Source of the DNA: Enterobacteria phage vB_EcoM_IME339
Direction: 5' to 3' (one strand)
Sequence record: MH051915
DNA length: 64,000 nt
A program made the position numbers and the translations under genes. Each line of letters starts with the position of its first letter. The stretch's first letter is position 1. Of this stretch, positions 47,372 through 59,276 are shown piece by piece. The notes beneath the pieces were generated by a model that searched no databases, had not been told where the DNA came from, and saw only the letters and a list, made by a program, of their open reading frames with translations.

Positions 47372-48951
47372 TCTTTTACCTTAATTATGTAGTTTAAAGA
47401 AATGTTCCATGGACGTGTTTCATTTCCAATTAATTCAGGACGATTTAATGTATATTTGGAATTTCGTTGTGATGCTGGGTCAATTTCATATCCATCATTG
47501 GTGAAGTATGAACGGTTATCCCAGTCAAGTCCTTTACGTGTACCAACAAAATTTGATCTACGGGTATTACCGAATGCTCCAGAATCATCATGCTCACCAA
47601 ATCCGCCAGCGTGTTTATGATAAGACATCTGCTGTTTTTGTACTTCACCAACATATCCACCGGTACAACCTACACCTAATCTAGGCTTACCAAATTGGTC
47701 ATTACCATTAACGTTTGGATTTGTTAAGTGAGAGCCACGACCAGAGCCACGAACAAAAAGACCACGCATATCAGGTAATCCAGGATTTGATGAGCTTCCG
47801 CCGTATCTTGTTCCAATTCTAGAAGCGTATAACGGACAATCTGACGCAGAAACAGTTCCACCATGACAGAAGCGCCAAGCATCACTAGGAAGACTATCTG
47901 CCGCCCACATCATAATAGCTCCGACAGGAATAGTTCTATCTATTTCATTCTGTGTTACAACACGCTTACCTTGAATATAACCACCGGTCATGTTAACTGT
48001 TCCGGTAATATTTGCTCCGCCTGAAGCTATTGTGAGCGTATTATTAATGCGAAGTGTTCCATTAATCGTTTGACCACCTCTTTGGTGGATAACGTCAGCA
48101 TTCCAAGCTAATGCCGATGAAGCATCGCCTCCACTCTGTGAGCCGGCGGTTGTAGTTAATTTAACTACGCCTCTCATTGACGTTGTAGAACCACGACCAT
48201 TAAGAGTTGCACCAGTAACCGCAACAGAAGCATTATTCGAGTTAACTTCTGATTGTGTTCCTAATTTAATTACGCCCTTATATTCTTCTGTAGCAGACGA
48301 ATTCATAAACGTATAAGGAGAAATTGCATAGCCTTCTCTTAAGGTTCCTTGACGAACTTGAGCTACTGTTGCTAATTGAACAACGCCTTGGTCAGATTCA
48401 GTAGCGGTGGTTTCAGAAGGAGCAATTTGCGCAATTAATTTAATAGCTAACTGCTGTGTTTTTAATGGAGTCATTGCAGTAGTATCATCTGCTCCAGCTA
48501 ATGCTTGCGGTAGAGATGAAATTTTAATAACTCCATTTGATGATTCAGTTGAAACGCGAGTTTCAAAGGCATTATTAAGGGCAACAGTAAATTTAGCAGG
48601 AGTTATAGAAGATTCATTATTAACTCCAGCAATTGCTTCATCATCTGTAGAATATCGTGTTAATCCATAAACGGTTTCAGTTGCGTTTGGGTAAGATAAT
48701 CTTGTTGCCAATGTTGCTGGTGTAACTGCTTTGGTATTATCAGTTCCATCGATAACTTCCTGTTCAGTAGCAAGAAATAAAATTCCCTTTGTTGTTGATG
48801 ATGCGTCAGGAACTCCATTTACACCAGCAGGAGAAATGGCTGCTATAGCAGCCTGAACATCAGTAATCTCTGCTGGAAAATTTGTACCAGTTGGATCAAA
48901 TTTTACATAGCGAGATTCATTAGAAACGTGTTGGTATGTATTATTACTCAT
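47368..48951 (-). CDS. 12: Short tail fibre gp12
   Basis: 527 aa; synteny. Confidence 0.92.
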   Translation of the reverse strand: MSNNTYQHVSNESRYVKFDPTGTNFPAEITDVQAAIAAISPAGVNGVPDASSTTKGILFLATEQEVIDGTDNTKAVTPATLATRLSYPNATETVYGLTRYSTDDEAIAGVNNESSITPAKFTVALNNAFETRVSTESSNGVIKISSLPQALAGADDTTAMTPLKTQQLAIKLIAQIAPSETTATESDQGVVQLATVAQVRQGTLREGYAISPYTFMNSSATEEYKGVIKLGTQSEVNSNNASVAVTGATLNGRGSTTSMRGVVKLTTTAGSQSGGDASSALAWNADVIHQRGGQTINGTLRINNTLTIASGGANITGTVNMTGGYIQGKRVVTQNEIDRTIPVGAIMMWAADSLPSDAWRFCHGGTVSASDCPLYASRIGTRYGGSSSNPGLPDMRGLFVRGSGRGSHLTNPNVNGNDQFGKPRLGVGCTGGYVGEVQKQQMSYHKHAGGFGEHDDSGAFGNTRRSNFVGTRKGLDWDNRSYFTNDGYEIDPASQRNSKYTLNRPELIGNETRPWNISLNYIIKVKE

Positions 48952-49607
48952 GCTGTTCTCTCAAAATGATAAAGTACTATTGGAGTTTGCTGATTATCTA
49001 AAGTTACAGTTTGTGCACCAAGCAAATTCCATGTGCCATACCCAGGCTTAGATTCTGAAATAATTTCTTGGGAAATAGTTATTCCATATGTAGAATATGT
49101 GCTTAATACATGTTTTTGATTATCTAAATAAGTAACTTCTAATTTACTACCATCTGTTGGATGGTCTTTATATGAATTGATAGCAGTAAATGACGCAATA
49201 GCTTCTTGCAGGGCAACACGAACTTTGGCGACAAACTCGATAGCTGTCATTCCAGTTGTTGCTGAAACTGGAAGACCGAATACTAATACAGTAACAGGAG
49301 AACCAGGAGGAAGCGAATCATCTGTTACAGTTCCCGAAAATGCCCAATAATCAGTTTGAGAAACACCCTCAGGAGAAACACCAGTTTTATTAGTAATAAT
49401 TGTACCAACGTCTTTTATAGAAAAATTATGAACATCATTAATAGCTGATTCTACGTTTGGTTCATAAAATCCTTTCGCTAATTGAGAAATTGTCACTGAC
49501 CCAACTGATTGACGATTCATTACATCGATGTCGCCAGTTTTAGGTCTAAAACCAAGAAAATCGGCTAAGCGGGAAATAACTCCCGCTTTATTATTAAGTA
49601 AACTCAT
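48948..49607 (-). CDS. 11: Baseplate wedge / short tail fibre attachment protein gp11, 219 aa
   Basis: Track start 49625 is TTG; ATG at 49607 (MSLLNNKAG...) overlapping the gene 10 stop. Confidence 0.9.
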   Translation of the reverse strand: MSLLNNKAGVISRLADFLGFRPKTGDIDVMNRQSVGSVTISQLAKGFYEPNVESAINDVHNFSIKDVGTIITNKTGVSPEGVSQTDYWAFSGTVTDDSLPPGSPVTVLVFGLPVSATTGMTAIEFVAKVRVALQEAIASFTAINSYKDHPTDGSKLEVTYLDNQKHVLSTYSTYGITISQEIISESKPGYGTWNLLGAQTVTLDNQQTPIVLYHFERTA

Positions 49608-51415
49608 TATGCAATCCTTATCCAACGATAAACTGTAATATATGGTTGAATGTTAGTTATTGATGTTGGCGGAGTATGAGTAGAGTTAGTAGATGCTTTA
49701 GCTTCACGGTATTTCGTGTAAACTGGACCGGATTCATCTGGGTCGTATTGACATCCACCAACAATGACTGATCCATTTTCATCAACTATTAGAACTTCTT
49801 CATCTGTCTCAGTTGCAGGAAGATTAGCATTTTCCAATGTAACAGAAGTAGAACCGCCTGTTCCACCCGCAGTATGTGAAGGATTTCCACCCGAATCTAA
49901 ATCGTTGTTATTTAGAGCAAAGTTAGGGTCCGAAATATCTTCATTCCATCCAACTAAAACTTTTCCTTGCCCAAATAATTTCCATGAGCCGAATCCCATA
50001 TATGTAACAGGGTTATTTGGATTAACAGCGTTTTCATATATAGTTCCAATAGGATAAATCGTATCAAAGATATTTGAAACAGCATTAAATTCGCGTTGAT
50101 AGGATTGAACTGCTTCTACATTTGGCCAACCAATTTTATCGAAGTCTGTTAAATTTACATCACCAGAAATATCTACTCCTGGTCCTTGCGATACATAGAG
50201 ATTATCAGTTTCATCGATAATCTCATCTTTTGTTAATAATGTACCTAAATCATTATTAAACCAGGTGATATTGATAATGTCACCATGCTCAAATACTCTA
50301 TCGAAATGTAAAATTTCCGGTATGCCGTTTTCGTCAGTTTCAACTGAATAGTCGGTATGAGACTGTTCCCAAGTTCCACCTAAAACAGAGCATTCTACTT
50401 CATCGTCTGAGTCGGCACCAACGCAATGAAATAATGGCATTCCAACTGTGCCAGCCAATTCCTGCAAAATTCCATTAAAACGAACCTCAAGAGAATTAGG
50501 ATTAATAGGTTCACCTGGAATTAATCCAAAAGCTGAAAATGGAATTGATTTCATTGTTGATAAATCAGTAACGTAAATGCTTCCTTCTAAAGAAGTTTTT
50601 GACGTTAATTTTGAATCTAACAGTCTAATTTGGCGTCTTGTATATGAACTTCTCCATTGTGATACACCATCCATAAATGTTTCAATTTGAACAGTGTCAC
50701 CAATATTACAAGGCTGTCTTAATCGAATATTAAATCCATCAAGAGGAACTAATTCGCCTTCATTTTCGCCCGGAGAGCCAAAATCACTGTTTTCACTAAA
50801 TACATCGCCGTAATACAATTCGTTACCACGATGTTTTACTCTGATGTTATTTACATTATAACTAGTTCCACGGAAAACATCTAAAAAGTCTGTTTGTCCT
50901 TGGACTTCGACTAAAAATTCTTTACGAGCTACATTACTAATGTCTGAACTGGTAATTTTGTCAATTTGCTTATTTTTGACATATTCCCAACGTCCTGGGG
51001 CGCAATACACTAATTCCAAATCACTGAATTGAACATTAATTTCAACCGGTACTGCAGACCCTTTAATCGTATCACCGGAAGCAGCTACTAGTGTAACTGG
51101 GTTGACGTTCCATGTAGCAAATACGTCTCTAGCTCTAATTACCTTGTTGTAATCATTGACAGTTCCCTTTGGAAGATTTATAGTTACTCTTCCAGAAGAG
51201 GTATTAATAGCGTATGATTTTCCCCATTCAGCTTTTAATGTTTGACCAGATGAAGCATCATAAGTTTTCCAGGCACCGGCTGAATATGGAACATCTCCAT
51301 CACCAAGCTCGTAATAAAGCTCATCAAAGTTTTCATTTATTTTTATACCACCTTTACGCAGGTAGTCACCGGTACCATCATCAACAACATTACCGATATT
51401 AATATTTTGTTTCAT
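49607..51415 (-). CDS. 10: Baseplate wedge protein gp10
   Basis: 602 aa; synteny. Confidence 0.92.
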   Translation of the reverse strand: MKQNINIGNVVDDGTGDYLRKGGIKINENFDELYYELGDGDVPYSAGAWKTYDASSGQTLKAEWGKSYAINTSSGRVTINLPKGTVNDYNKVIRARDVFATWNVNPVTLVAASGDTIKGSAVPVEINVQFSDLELVYCAPGRWEYVKNKQIDKITSSDISNVARKEFLVEVQGQTDFLDVFRGTSYNVNNIRVKHRGNELYYGDVFSENSDFGSPGENEGELVPLDGFNIRLRQPCNIGDTVQIETFMDGVSQWRSSYTRRQIRLLDSKLTSKTSLEGSIYVTDLSTMKSIPFSAFGLIPGEPINPNSLEVRFNGILQELAGTVGMPLFHCVGADSDDEVECSVLGGTWEQSHTDYSVETDENGIPEILHFDRVFEHGDIINITWFNNDLGTLLTKDEIIDETDNLYVSQGPGVDISGDVNLTDFDKIGWPNVEAVQSYQREFNAVSNIFDTIYPIGTIYENAVNPNNPVTYMGFGSWKLFGQGKVLVGWNEDISDPNFALNNNDLDSGGNPSHTAGGTGGSTSVTLENANLPATETDEEVLIVDENGSVIVGGCQYDPDESGPVYTKYREAKASTNSTHTPPTSITNIQPYITVYRWIRIA

Positions 51416-52281
51416 TATTGAGCCACCCCGATTTTCTGCGTAGCGATAACTTTAACTGCTGCTCTCATACCGACAGTTGAAGAACTTATAGTCGCCGTTA
51501 CATAATTTTCTTTAATACTAAATGCAATATTAGCGATTTCGTCTTCTTCGGTTTCATTCCCAACTCGCATGACAGCATATTCAGAAGAAATGACCGCTGA
51601 ATTAACAGTATCCACAAGAATATTTATTTCTGCCGTTTTAATTTTTCTTCCATCTACCGATTGACATGTAACTAATAATTTAGCCATGTTATATTCAGTA
51701 CGATGAAATAGTGGAATATCAACTGATCCGGATGTAGAAATATTCCATGTACCTTCAGCTGGTGATTCCTTTTGTCCAAACATACTTTCAATAGAATAAT
51801 TCCAAACCGATGTAGAATTATCAGATGAAATACAGCGTAAAGTTACTTTACTATATGGGCTAGTTACTACTAAATTACCTGAAACGCCTTTAATTGAATC
51901 AATAGCTTGAATCGTTAAAGGATTAGTAACTGATATTGATCCATTTGAGTTAATAAATTCAACGCAGTCGCCAAGTTCGCCTCTTTCAATGATAACTTTA
52001 ACACCTACGGTAGAGGTATCAATATCATGTCTAGTGCCAACTTTTACTGGAGTTGCGTACTCTGCAATAGAGTGTTTTTGATAATATCCAGTAGCATGGA
52101 TAATTTGACCATCTGCTCCAGTGCCATTTGCTACTGCCATTTTACGTTGATCGCCAAACGCATTATAAATTGCGTTAAAATCACTATTAATTTTATTACC
52201 ACCGTCGAATAAGATATCACCAGTAGAAGCGTTACCAATTTCGCCGGTATCAATCAATTTCTTTGGTTCTTGAATGAACAT
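51415..52281 (-). CDS. 9: Baseplate wedge long tail fibre connector gp9
   Basis: 288 aa; synteny. Confidence 0.92.
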   Translation of the reverse strand: MFIQEPKKLIDTGEIGNASTGDILFDGGNKINSDFNAIYNAFGDQRKMAVANGTGADGQIIHATGYYQKHSIAEYATPVKVGTRHDIDTSTVGVKVIIERGELGDCVEFINSNGSISVTNPLTIQAIDSIKGVSGNLVVTSPYSKVTLRCISSDNSTSVWNYSIESMFGQKESPAEGTWNISTSGSVDIPLFHRTEYNMAKLLVTCQSVDGRKIKTAEINILVDTVNSAVISSEYAVMRVGNETEEDEIANIAFSIKENYVTATISSSTVGMRAAVKVIATQKIGVAQ

Positions 52282-52305
52282 AGCGGTTTCCTTATGAGTT
52301 TATAG

Positions 52306-52313
52306 TATTTATA
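52306..52313 (-). promoter_or_regulatory. Late promoter (TATAAATA on - strand) for gene 9
   Basis: TATTTATA on + strand about 25 nt upstream of the ATG. Confidence 0.6.
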
Positions 52314-52319
52314 AAGAAA

Positions 52320-52341
52320 AAGGGAGCCCATGGGCTCCCTT
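52320..52341 (-). terminator. Intrinsic terminator after gene 8: palindrome AAGGGAGCCCATGGGCTCCCTT plus U-run
   Basis: Perfect 9-bp stem followed on the - strand by TTTTTCTTT. Confidence 0.75.
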
Positions 52342-52344
52342 AAG

Positions 52345-53349
52345 TTAAAATGTAAACAGAATATTGATTTCTTCTGTTTGATCCATTGCCATGATAATAG
52401 GTGGCCTATTTTCCATATAAATCATTTCGCCCGAATGCCTCATTAAATCTTCCGGATCATAATAATCCTTTTCAGCTTTAACATTTGGGTCATTTGGATG
52501 AGCTTTAGCTTCAAGAGGATTCGTGATTATTGATATTTGCCTAAATCCTTTATTTCCCGGTAGTGCAGCTTCAGGAAAATAAACTGAATCTAAATATGCT
52601 TTAAAACGGATAGTATTTGCCTTAACGCGGTAAATTAATCCAAAATCATCTTGTTGCCATGTGAGATTATCTTCATATCCCCATCTAGTCGGGTCTTCTT
52701 TTAATTCCTCAGGCCAAGGAACCACGATATATTCATTCGTGCATCTATTTATAGATACATCAGGCGGAATCTCAAAAAGATATTCCCAAACATACCCGTC
52801 TCCAGGCTCGATTGTTCCTTCCGCGTCTCCTCGACCTTCAGGAGGAGTCATTGACCTAACAGAAGGAGTCCATTTTCCACCTAACTTAAGGCATTCATCC
52901 TTATTAGTTAAAGACTCAATTGAACACATTCCTGTGTCAGGAACATCTAAACAACGATATACTAACCAGCCTGCGCCTGATTCAGTAGCATTGTAAGGAG
53001 CTGAGTTACACACTACAATATCGTTAATTCTAAATGTGTATGGATCCGGATATCTAGTATCTCCCCAATCTCGACGAGGAATAACTGCATCAAGCATAGA
53101 TGGAAGAACCTTTACAGTTCCCATCATATGAGTCCACATGTCAGTTACACCTAATACAGAATCAGTTGGATAAGGTGGAGCAAAGCCCACCTCATTTTCA
53201 TTTGATGACCATGGTTCTGATCTTCCAAATGTGATAAAGATAGTGTTTTTATCCGGACCACTTCCAATTGAATTATAAAAATTCAACATTTTTTCTGTTC
53301 TAAATTTTGAAGTAACTATCGCACGATAGATAACACTTGAATCATTCAT
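52345..53349 (-). CDS. 8: Baseplate wedge protein gp8
   Basis: 334 aa; synteny. Confidence 0.92.
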   Translation of the reverse strand: MNDSSVIYRAIVTSKFRTEKMLNFYNSIGSGPDKNTIFITFGRSEPWSSNENEVGFAPPYPTDSVLGVTDMWTHMMGTVKVLPSMLDAVIPRRDWGDTRYPDPYTFRINDIVVCNSAPYNATESGAGWLVYRCLDVPDTGMCSIESLTNKDECLKLGGKWTPSVRSMTPPEGRGDAEGTIEPGDGYVWEYLFEIPPDVSINRCTNEYIVVPWPEELKEDPTRWGYEDNLTWQQDDFGLIYRVKANTIRFKAYLDSVYFPEAALPGNKGFRQISIITNPLEAKAHPNDPNVKAEKDYYDPEDLMRHSGEMIYMENRPPIIMAMDQTEEINILFTF

Positions 53350-56300
53350 CTATTTTAACCTGTGTTGGATTTTCAGGGTCTCTTGGATTTCCTATATTAT
53401 CTTTTAGACGTTTATTAACTAAATCCCTAAATTGTGCAAATGTTGTTCCAGATGCATCGAATAAAGGACTCATTAATTTACGTCGTTCAGACGGCAATTG
53501 ACCTTGAAATATTGAATTGTTATTTTCAGCATTATAGTCATCAGGAAGAGGATATTCTACACCAGCCATTGGGCCAGGCTCGTAAATTGCTTCGCCTGTT
53601 ACCGAATCATGCTCAATTTCACCAGTTGGAGTTAATTTAGCTACTCTATCAGCATATTCAGTAGGCAATCCAGAATCCCATTTGTAGTTTTTGTATTTAT
53701 TAATTATAGTCTCTGTGTGTTTAAGAGTTAAACCAACATTAATAAACATTGTTAAAAGAGTAATTGCTATAAATCCAAATCCTACTGGATGAACAAAACG
53801 AATAACGTCAGATTTCCAGCGGGAAGAAGGTAAATTGGATTTAATTTTCATTACATAATATGATCTACTTCTATTAATATAGTCTATATTATTTTGAAGC
53901 AAATCCTTTCCTTTAACCCCGCGAATAATTTCGCCTTCGAAACTAGGGAGTCTTTCTGCTTTAACTTCTTGACCGGCAATTAATCTTCCTAAAAGATTAT
54001 GAATAGTTACAGTCCATTGCAATTTACCATTAGAATAGCTTCTTTCTATATAAGTAACATTACATCTTCCTGTAGCGGTATAAATCGTTTGTCCTACTAA
54101 GTCTTCGGTCAAAGAATCAGATTGAACGATTATATCATATTCAGTACCAGCCCCAGATTCAATTTCAATTTCAACTTCTTCATTATAAAGAACTTTAAAA
54201 AGAAATTTGTATGATGCTTCAATTCCTTTAGTGGAATAAAAATCATAGCTACGTGATTCAAAAAATCTTGCAACAGCATCGCGTTTGTCAGCATTTAAAT
54301 AAATGTTTCTTTTATATATCTCTGACCACAAATATTCCCACGCATGCTCTTCTCGTGGATATTTGTTACGAATTAAATTTCGTAAATTGTTATACTGAGT
54401 TCCATATCCATCAGAGAGATACTGAATATATGCTTCACAAAATGCCTCAAAATTCGAATCCTGTAACAAATAAGAATCAGGCATCATTGTGCCAATCAAT
54501 GGTCTTAAATCAGGGTCAGCTAATCCACGCTCTTCTTCGGGCGACCAAGGAGTTTCATGCTCTTGGTTTTGTAAAAATGCTTTTAAAAATACTTCAGTTG
54601 GCTTCCAAATAATTTCGACAGTGTCTCTAACACGATAGTTAAAATCATAGTAAGAAATTATTTCACCAGAAGCTTTATAGAAAAGCATCCCAGATGCATA
54701 TTTTTTAAATCCAGTGAATTTAACATTTGGCATTACTATAGTGCAATCGCCATCGTCCCAATATTCATGAACTAATCTATCTGGTGATGTTTCCGGAATA
54801 TTTTCTATAACTTTAATGTATTTTAAATCAGCATAAACTACTACAACCCTATCAGAGTTGTTTATCCAACAACGTGTGTTAGATTTTTTAGACCAGTTAA
54901 AGAATGGTTCTGCATAGTATTTCATCGGCTGAGGAGTAAAAGTTTCCCAATCAGACTTTTCATCTGCTATAAATGCCATCATATGATAATGCTTATCAGC
55001 TAACCATTCACGAGGAAATTCATATTTAACAGCACCGATTAACTGATATTTTGCTGCAGTTTCAGGGTCATTAACAACATTATCACTTAAAAATTTAAAA
55101 TTACTCGATGATAGAGAAACTAATTTACCATCAGTTGACATATTCGCATACCCTGGTTGAATACGTCTTCTTTCTTCTTCAGTGTTGCCAAAAACTCTTT
55201 TCCATGTTTTTGTGTCATGATTTAAAACATATATTCCTTTATCAGCAGAATCAATTATTTTTGATGTTCTAGGATTAGCATTTAATGTTTCAACTTCACC
55301 AATAATAAGAGCAAAAACTTTATCACCGACAGAATCCATTTTATAGCATACTGCTTTAGGATTTCCAGTTATAGTCATAGTATCAGGTTCAAAAAGCCTT
55401 TCCGAATATGTCGGAGATAATGGATCAGAATCTATAGGTGCATTACTCGTTTTTATGTATCTAACTTTATCTCTGGCGACAACGTAAATGTAATCATCGG
55501 TGCAAGTAATAGCTTCTGCAATACGGTATACATTAGCTGGTAAAGTCGCGTAAGTGGCAAAAATTTCTACATCAAATCCTAGATGTAATTGGTCACCGAG
55601 TTTAGCGAATGTTATATCCTGAGAACTAAATCTGACATCATCAGCTGACCATCTAACATCAGTCGATTTGCGGCCATAGAAAATCTTGTCGTATCCTAGA
55701 ACGTATGTTGTGTTCGCAGATTGGTAATATACTGTCTTAGATAAAGGATATCCTACGCGGTCATTGAAGAGCTTTACAGCTTTCCAGGTTTGTCCTTTAT
55801 CATTGGATACTTTAACTACAGGTTGATAACGCTCAAAAAGATATAGAATCCCTTCTGATTCCATCAAATAAACTCGGTTAATATCCTTACATACTTGCTG
55901 AATAGAACCTTGTATTTCATGATACTCATTTTCACCAATAATAAAATTACTTATTGATGAAACGTCAACATATGATGGGCTGAACTGAAATGATTCATTC
56001 ATTAATGCAGCCATTATAGTGTCATTATTAAAATTGACATAATCAGAATTATTAAGAGTAAATTTTTCCTGAATGAATTTATTGGCTAATTGCATTTCAA
56101 TCATGTTTTGAAATGTATAAGCATTTGTAGCAAAAGTTTCAAACTCTTCGGTATAAATCCAATCAGATTGCTCAAAATCTTGCGCAGCTGTAGCTACTCT
56201 AATAACGTATGATGTCAATGGGTCAGCATCATCAAAAAAGAAGCTGTTATTTGCAGTATATCCTAAGTTAATCCATCTGTATTGATTACTCGGGAGATTT

Positions 56301-56440
56301 TCCCCCGAGTCTGTTTTTGTCTCAGCGATTTCTACAAAATAGTAGAAATTAGCACCAACGTCATCCCAGCGTACTTGCACCTGATTTGCGGATAACTTGG
56401 AAATTCTGAGACTAGTGACTGAAGGTGCTTTTACTGTCAT
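53342..56440 (-). CDS. 7: Baseplate wedge initiator gp7
   Basis: 1032 aa; synteny. Confidence 0.93.
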   Translation of the reverse strand: MTVKAPSVTSLRISKLSANQVQVRWDDVGANFYYFVEIAETKTDSGENLPSNQYRWINLGYTANNSFFFDDADPLTSYVIRVATAAQDFEQSDWIYTEEFETFATNAYTFQNMIEMQLANKFIQEKFTLNNSDYVNFNNDTIMAALMNESFQFSPSYVDVSSISNFIIGENEYHEIQGSIQQVCKDINRVYLMESEGILYLFERYQPVVKVSNDKGQTWKAVKLFNDRVGYPLSKTVYYQSANTTYVLGYDKIFYGRKSTDVRWSADDVRFSSQDITFAKLGDQLHLGFDVEIFATYATLPANVYRIAEAITCTDDYIYVVARDKVRYIKTSNAPIDSDPLSPTYSERLFEPDTMTITGNPKAVCYKMDSVGDKVFALIIGEVETLNANPRTSKIIDSADKGIYVLNHDTKTWKRVFGNTEEERRRIQPGYANMSTDGKLVSLSSSNFKFLSDNVVNDPETAAKYQLIGAVKYEFPREWLADKHYHMMAFIADEKSDWETFTPQPMKYYAEPFFNWSKKSNTRCWINNSDRVVVVYADLKYIKVIENIPETSPDRLVHEYWDDGDCTIVMPNVKFTGFKKYASGMLFYKASGEIISYYDFNYRVRDTVEIIWKPTEVFLKAFLQNQEHETPWSPEEERGLADPDLRPLIGTMMPDSYLLQDSNFEAFCEAYIQYLSDGYGTQYNNLRNLIRNKYPREEHAWEYLWSEIYKRNIYLNADKRDAVARFFESRSYDFYSTKGIEASYKFLFKVLYNEEVEIEIESGAGTEYDIIVQSDSLTEDLVGQTIYTATGRCNVTYIERSYSNGKLQWTVTIHNLLGRLIAGQEVKAERLPSFEGEIIRGVKGKDLLQNNIDYINRSRSYYVMKIKSNLPSSRWKSDVIRFVHPVGFGFIAITLLTMFINVGLTLKHTETIINKYKNYKWDSGLPTEYADRVAKLTPTGEIEHDSVTGEAIYEPGPMAGVEYPLPDDYNAENNNSIFQGQLPSERRKLMSPLFDASGTTFAQFRDLVNKRLKDNIGNPRDPENPTQVKIDE

Positions 56441-58419
56441 TGTGATATAGGCTCCAAATCGATAGTTAAGTATTGTGGACGTAAGTCATTTTCAAATACA
56501 ATCAGTGAACCATCGCGAGTAAAGATAACATCATCGGTTGGGTCAGAATATAATTCAATAGTCTGAACTTCAAATTTTTCAGATGTTAAATTAATTTTAG
56601 CGATATTCCAATAAATCACATCAGCTGGATAATTTATTTCGCCGATAACATAGTATTTGTCGCGTCCATCAGAATTTGCTAATTTGTTAAAATCGTTGCC
56701 TGTATATGGCTGAATGTTTTCATTTTCTGTAACATCGCCAGAAGCAAATGGACCAATAATAACTTTACCAATTCCTTTAGAATCTCGGTCTGTTGATACT
56801 ATACGAACGTCATATAATACATCTTCTTCTAAACCAGTATCAGGATTTACAACCTTTCGTCCAGAATTAAATGAAAACGTATTAGATTCCATAGAACGAT
56901 CTTTTATTTGATTATTGTATTTAATACCTGCTTCAGGCGTTTTATAGAAGTTTTGTACTTCACGTACTATTTGAATTGTCGCGGATGAGCCAATGATAGA
57001 ATGATCTGCATCATCTACATATGTCAACATCTTAGATTTAGCGAAAGATGAGTTAAAAATTTCTACATCTTCGGTATAATAACGATCAATTTTATCAATT
57101 ATTTGACCTTCGAGCCACTGCTCAGATTCTTGCAGCTTATTTAAAGCATATGTGACTTTTAAATTAGTCTTAATAAAAAGATAATTAGGAGAAATAATTG
57201 ATGGCGTAATAGGAGCTAAATTATAGTCTTTGAGATAATTTTTAATATCTTCGCGTTGTACAGTAGTTAAATACAGCCCTGATTTAGGTTTAGCAGCAAT
57301 AAATGCATAACCAGGTTTAGTAGAATCAGTGAAAGTCTGAACTGCTTGAATAATAGAACCAAATCTCTCTGAAACGAATGTATCATAGTCAGTTGCAGTT
57401 ACGCAGCGTTGCTGGGTTTCGCGTTTAATAGTACCCAATTCGCGAATACGTTCAATATCTTCTGGATCGCCGCCGCCATCTGCCCCAACAAAATCTGGGT
57501 CATCGTTTGGGTTTTCATTAATATTGATGACAGTTATATTTGTTAATGTATCTGCGTATGAAAATCCGACTGCGCCATTCGCATCTGCACCGTTAGTACT
57601 GATGTACTCAATAACAATCGTAGAGTTCTGAGTAGGTTTAAGACCTCCAATATAATTAGCGGTCAATGCTCCTTCTGCCGCGTTAACAGAAATCTCACCT
57701 TCACCAAAATAAAATTCAGTATTTCCATCAATAGTTTCACGCATGTAGTAAATTGTTGATGTAGAACCAGCATGAACCATTGACTTTCTTGTCCAGTTAA
57801 TCCATTCTGCTCCATCAACGTATAGTTTAACTTGGTTTCTATCTATATTTTTGTCATAAATGATAATAGGTGTTAATTTATCATAAATGATTTCAGTTCT
57901 TACTATACGTCCCTGAGCCAATTTTAAACGTGGAAAATATTGGTTATTTTTATCACGAATAGCAATAACATCTTCGGTAGATACAAAGTTATAAGGATTA
58001 ACAGAAGTATCCTTTGCATATGCTAAAAAGCGAGTACCACGAGGAATAGTAATGTAATTTCTATTCAATGCATCTGTACAAGTTAGCATAATTTCAGTTT
58101 GAGCAGCCGATTTTGAAGTAGGTAAATATCCATTGTCTTGCGCAGCTTGAACTACTGAACTACGTAAGTTAGCAGTACGCATAAAGCTTTCATACAAGGC
58201 AGCATTACCAAACTGCTGAATGTACAATGTATTATAAGCCAAAAGGTCGCATAGAACGTTTAATCTCGAGCCTTCAAAATCATAATCCAAAAATTCATTT
58301 TGACCATTAAGCCATTCAATGAGGTTTTGTTTTATTTCAGCAAATGTACCCCCGACGAATATCTCGGGAATAGCATTTGCTGTTCTTGTTAATTGATAAT
58401 TTACAGGGGTATTTGCCAT
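56437..58419 (-). CDS. 6: Baseplate wedge protein gp6
   Basis: 660 aa; synteny. Confidence 0.93.
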   Translation of the reverse strand: MANTPVNYQLTRTANAIPEIFVGGTFAEIKQNLIEWLNGQNEFLDYDFEGSRLNVLCDLLAYNTLYIQQFGNAALYESFMRTANLRSSVVQAAQDNGYLPTSKSAAQTEIMLTCTDALNRNYITIPRGTRFLAYAKDTSVNPYNFVSTEDVIAIRDKNNQYFPRLKLAQGRIVRTEIIYDKLTPIIIYDKNIDRNQVKLYVDGAEWINWTRKSMVHAGSTSTIYYMRETIDGNTEFYFGEGEISVNAAEGALTANYIGGLKPTQNSTIVIEYISTNGADANGAVGFSYADTLTNITVININENPNDDPDFVGADGGGDPEDIERIRELGTIKRETQQRCVTATDYDTFVSERFGSIIQAVQTFTDSTKPGYAFIAAKPKSGLYLTTVQREDIKNYLKDYNLAPITPSIISPNYLFIKTNLKVTYALNKLQESEQWLEGQIIDKIDRYYTEDVEIFNSSFAKSKMLTYVDDADHSIIGSSATIQIVREVQNFYKTPEAGIKYNNQIKDRSMESNTFSFNSGRKVVNPDTGLEEDVLYDVRIVSTDRDSKGIGKVIIGPFASGDVTENENIQPYTGNDFNKLANSDGRDKYYVIGEINYPADVIYWNIAKINLTSEKFEVQTIELYSDPTDDVIFTRDGSLIVFENDLRPQYLTIDLEPISQ

Positions 58420-58427
58420 TTTAAATC

Positions 58428-58721
58428 CTATTTAATGAATACTTTAGATGATGCCTGAGCCACAGTATCACCGCATGATATTGGATCAGCCATTTGAACA
58501 GCTTTCTTTCCAGTGACATATACCTTAGAAGTTCTAGGTTGTGTCACTCCGCCATGTGTTTCATATGGCTTTTTAATTTCTGTATGTTCTGTAATTGGAT
58601 CACCTGCTACGAGAACAGCAATTCCTCCAGTGAATACTTTACTTTGTGTGGCATTCACAACTGTTGGAGGCCATGCTTCATGGCCAGCAGTAACACACTT
58701 ATCGTAACTTAATCCTGACAT
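58428..58721 (-). CDS. 5.4: PAAR-repeat spike tip protein gp5.4
   Basis: 97 aa; PAAR-like [11 protein letters not shown] and GDTVAQ segments; position between genes 5 and 6. Confidence 0.88.
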
Positions 58722-59276
58722 TTATGGCCTCTCATACACATAGCTTCTCAATTTATTAGCCCAACGACTCCAATTTCCAACTATAGTTTTTGTATAATTT
58801 TTAACAAGAGTTTTTCTTATTGGAGCTGGAGGATTCGTTGGTTCAGTAGTATCAGAAGATGACCTAGAATTACTGCCAGAACCTCCAGATTCACTTTGTT
58901 CTTGGTAGTCATATATTAATGTTACTTCGTAAGTGAATGTCTTCTGGAGGTTTTGAGGAGCTTTCCATAGATATAACTGAGTATTAGAATCAGTTGGAAG
59001 GTCTTCCCATGAAGCAGCAGTTTTAAATTCATTATCTAAACGATATTTCAACGCATCATTTCCAAATCCAAATACAGATTCATACGTTCCATATAAACGA
59101 TTTTCTTCTACTAAAACCCCAGGAGTTTCTTCGTAACTAGTTATATTTATAGATACTAACGTTTCACCTGTTTCTAATTGAGCGGTAAAGGTGACGTCGA
59201 TAGAAGAACCTTCCATGGATTCTCCTAAATCAGCGCTCATTGGAAGTATATTAGCCAATGTCAATCCTCGATCCAT
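58722..59276 (-). CDS. Hypothetical protein between genes 5 and 5.4 (5.1-like), about 184 aa
   Basis: ORF; track start is TTG, next in-frame ATG at 59276; no clear SD, start uncertain. Confidence 0.6.
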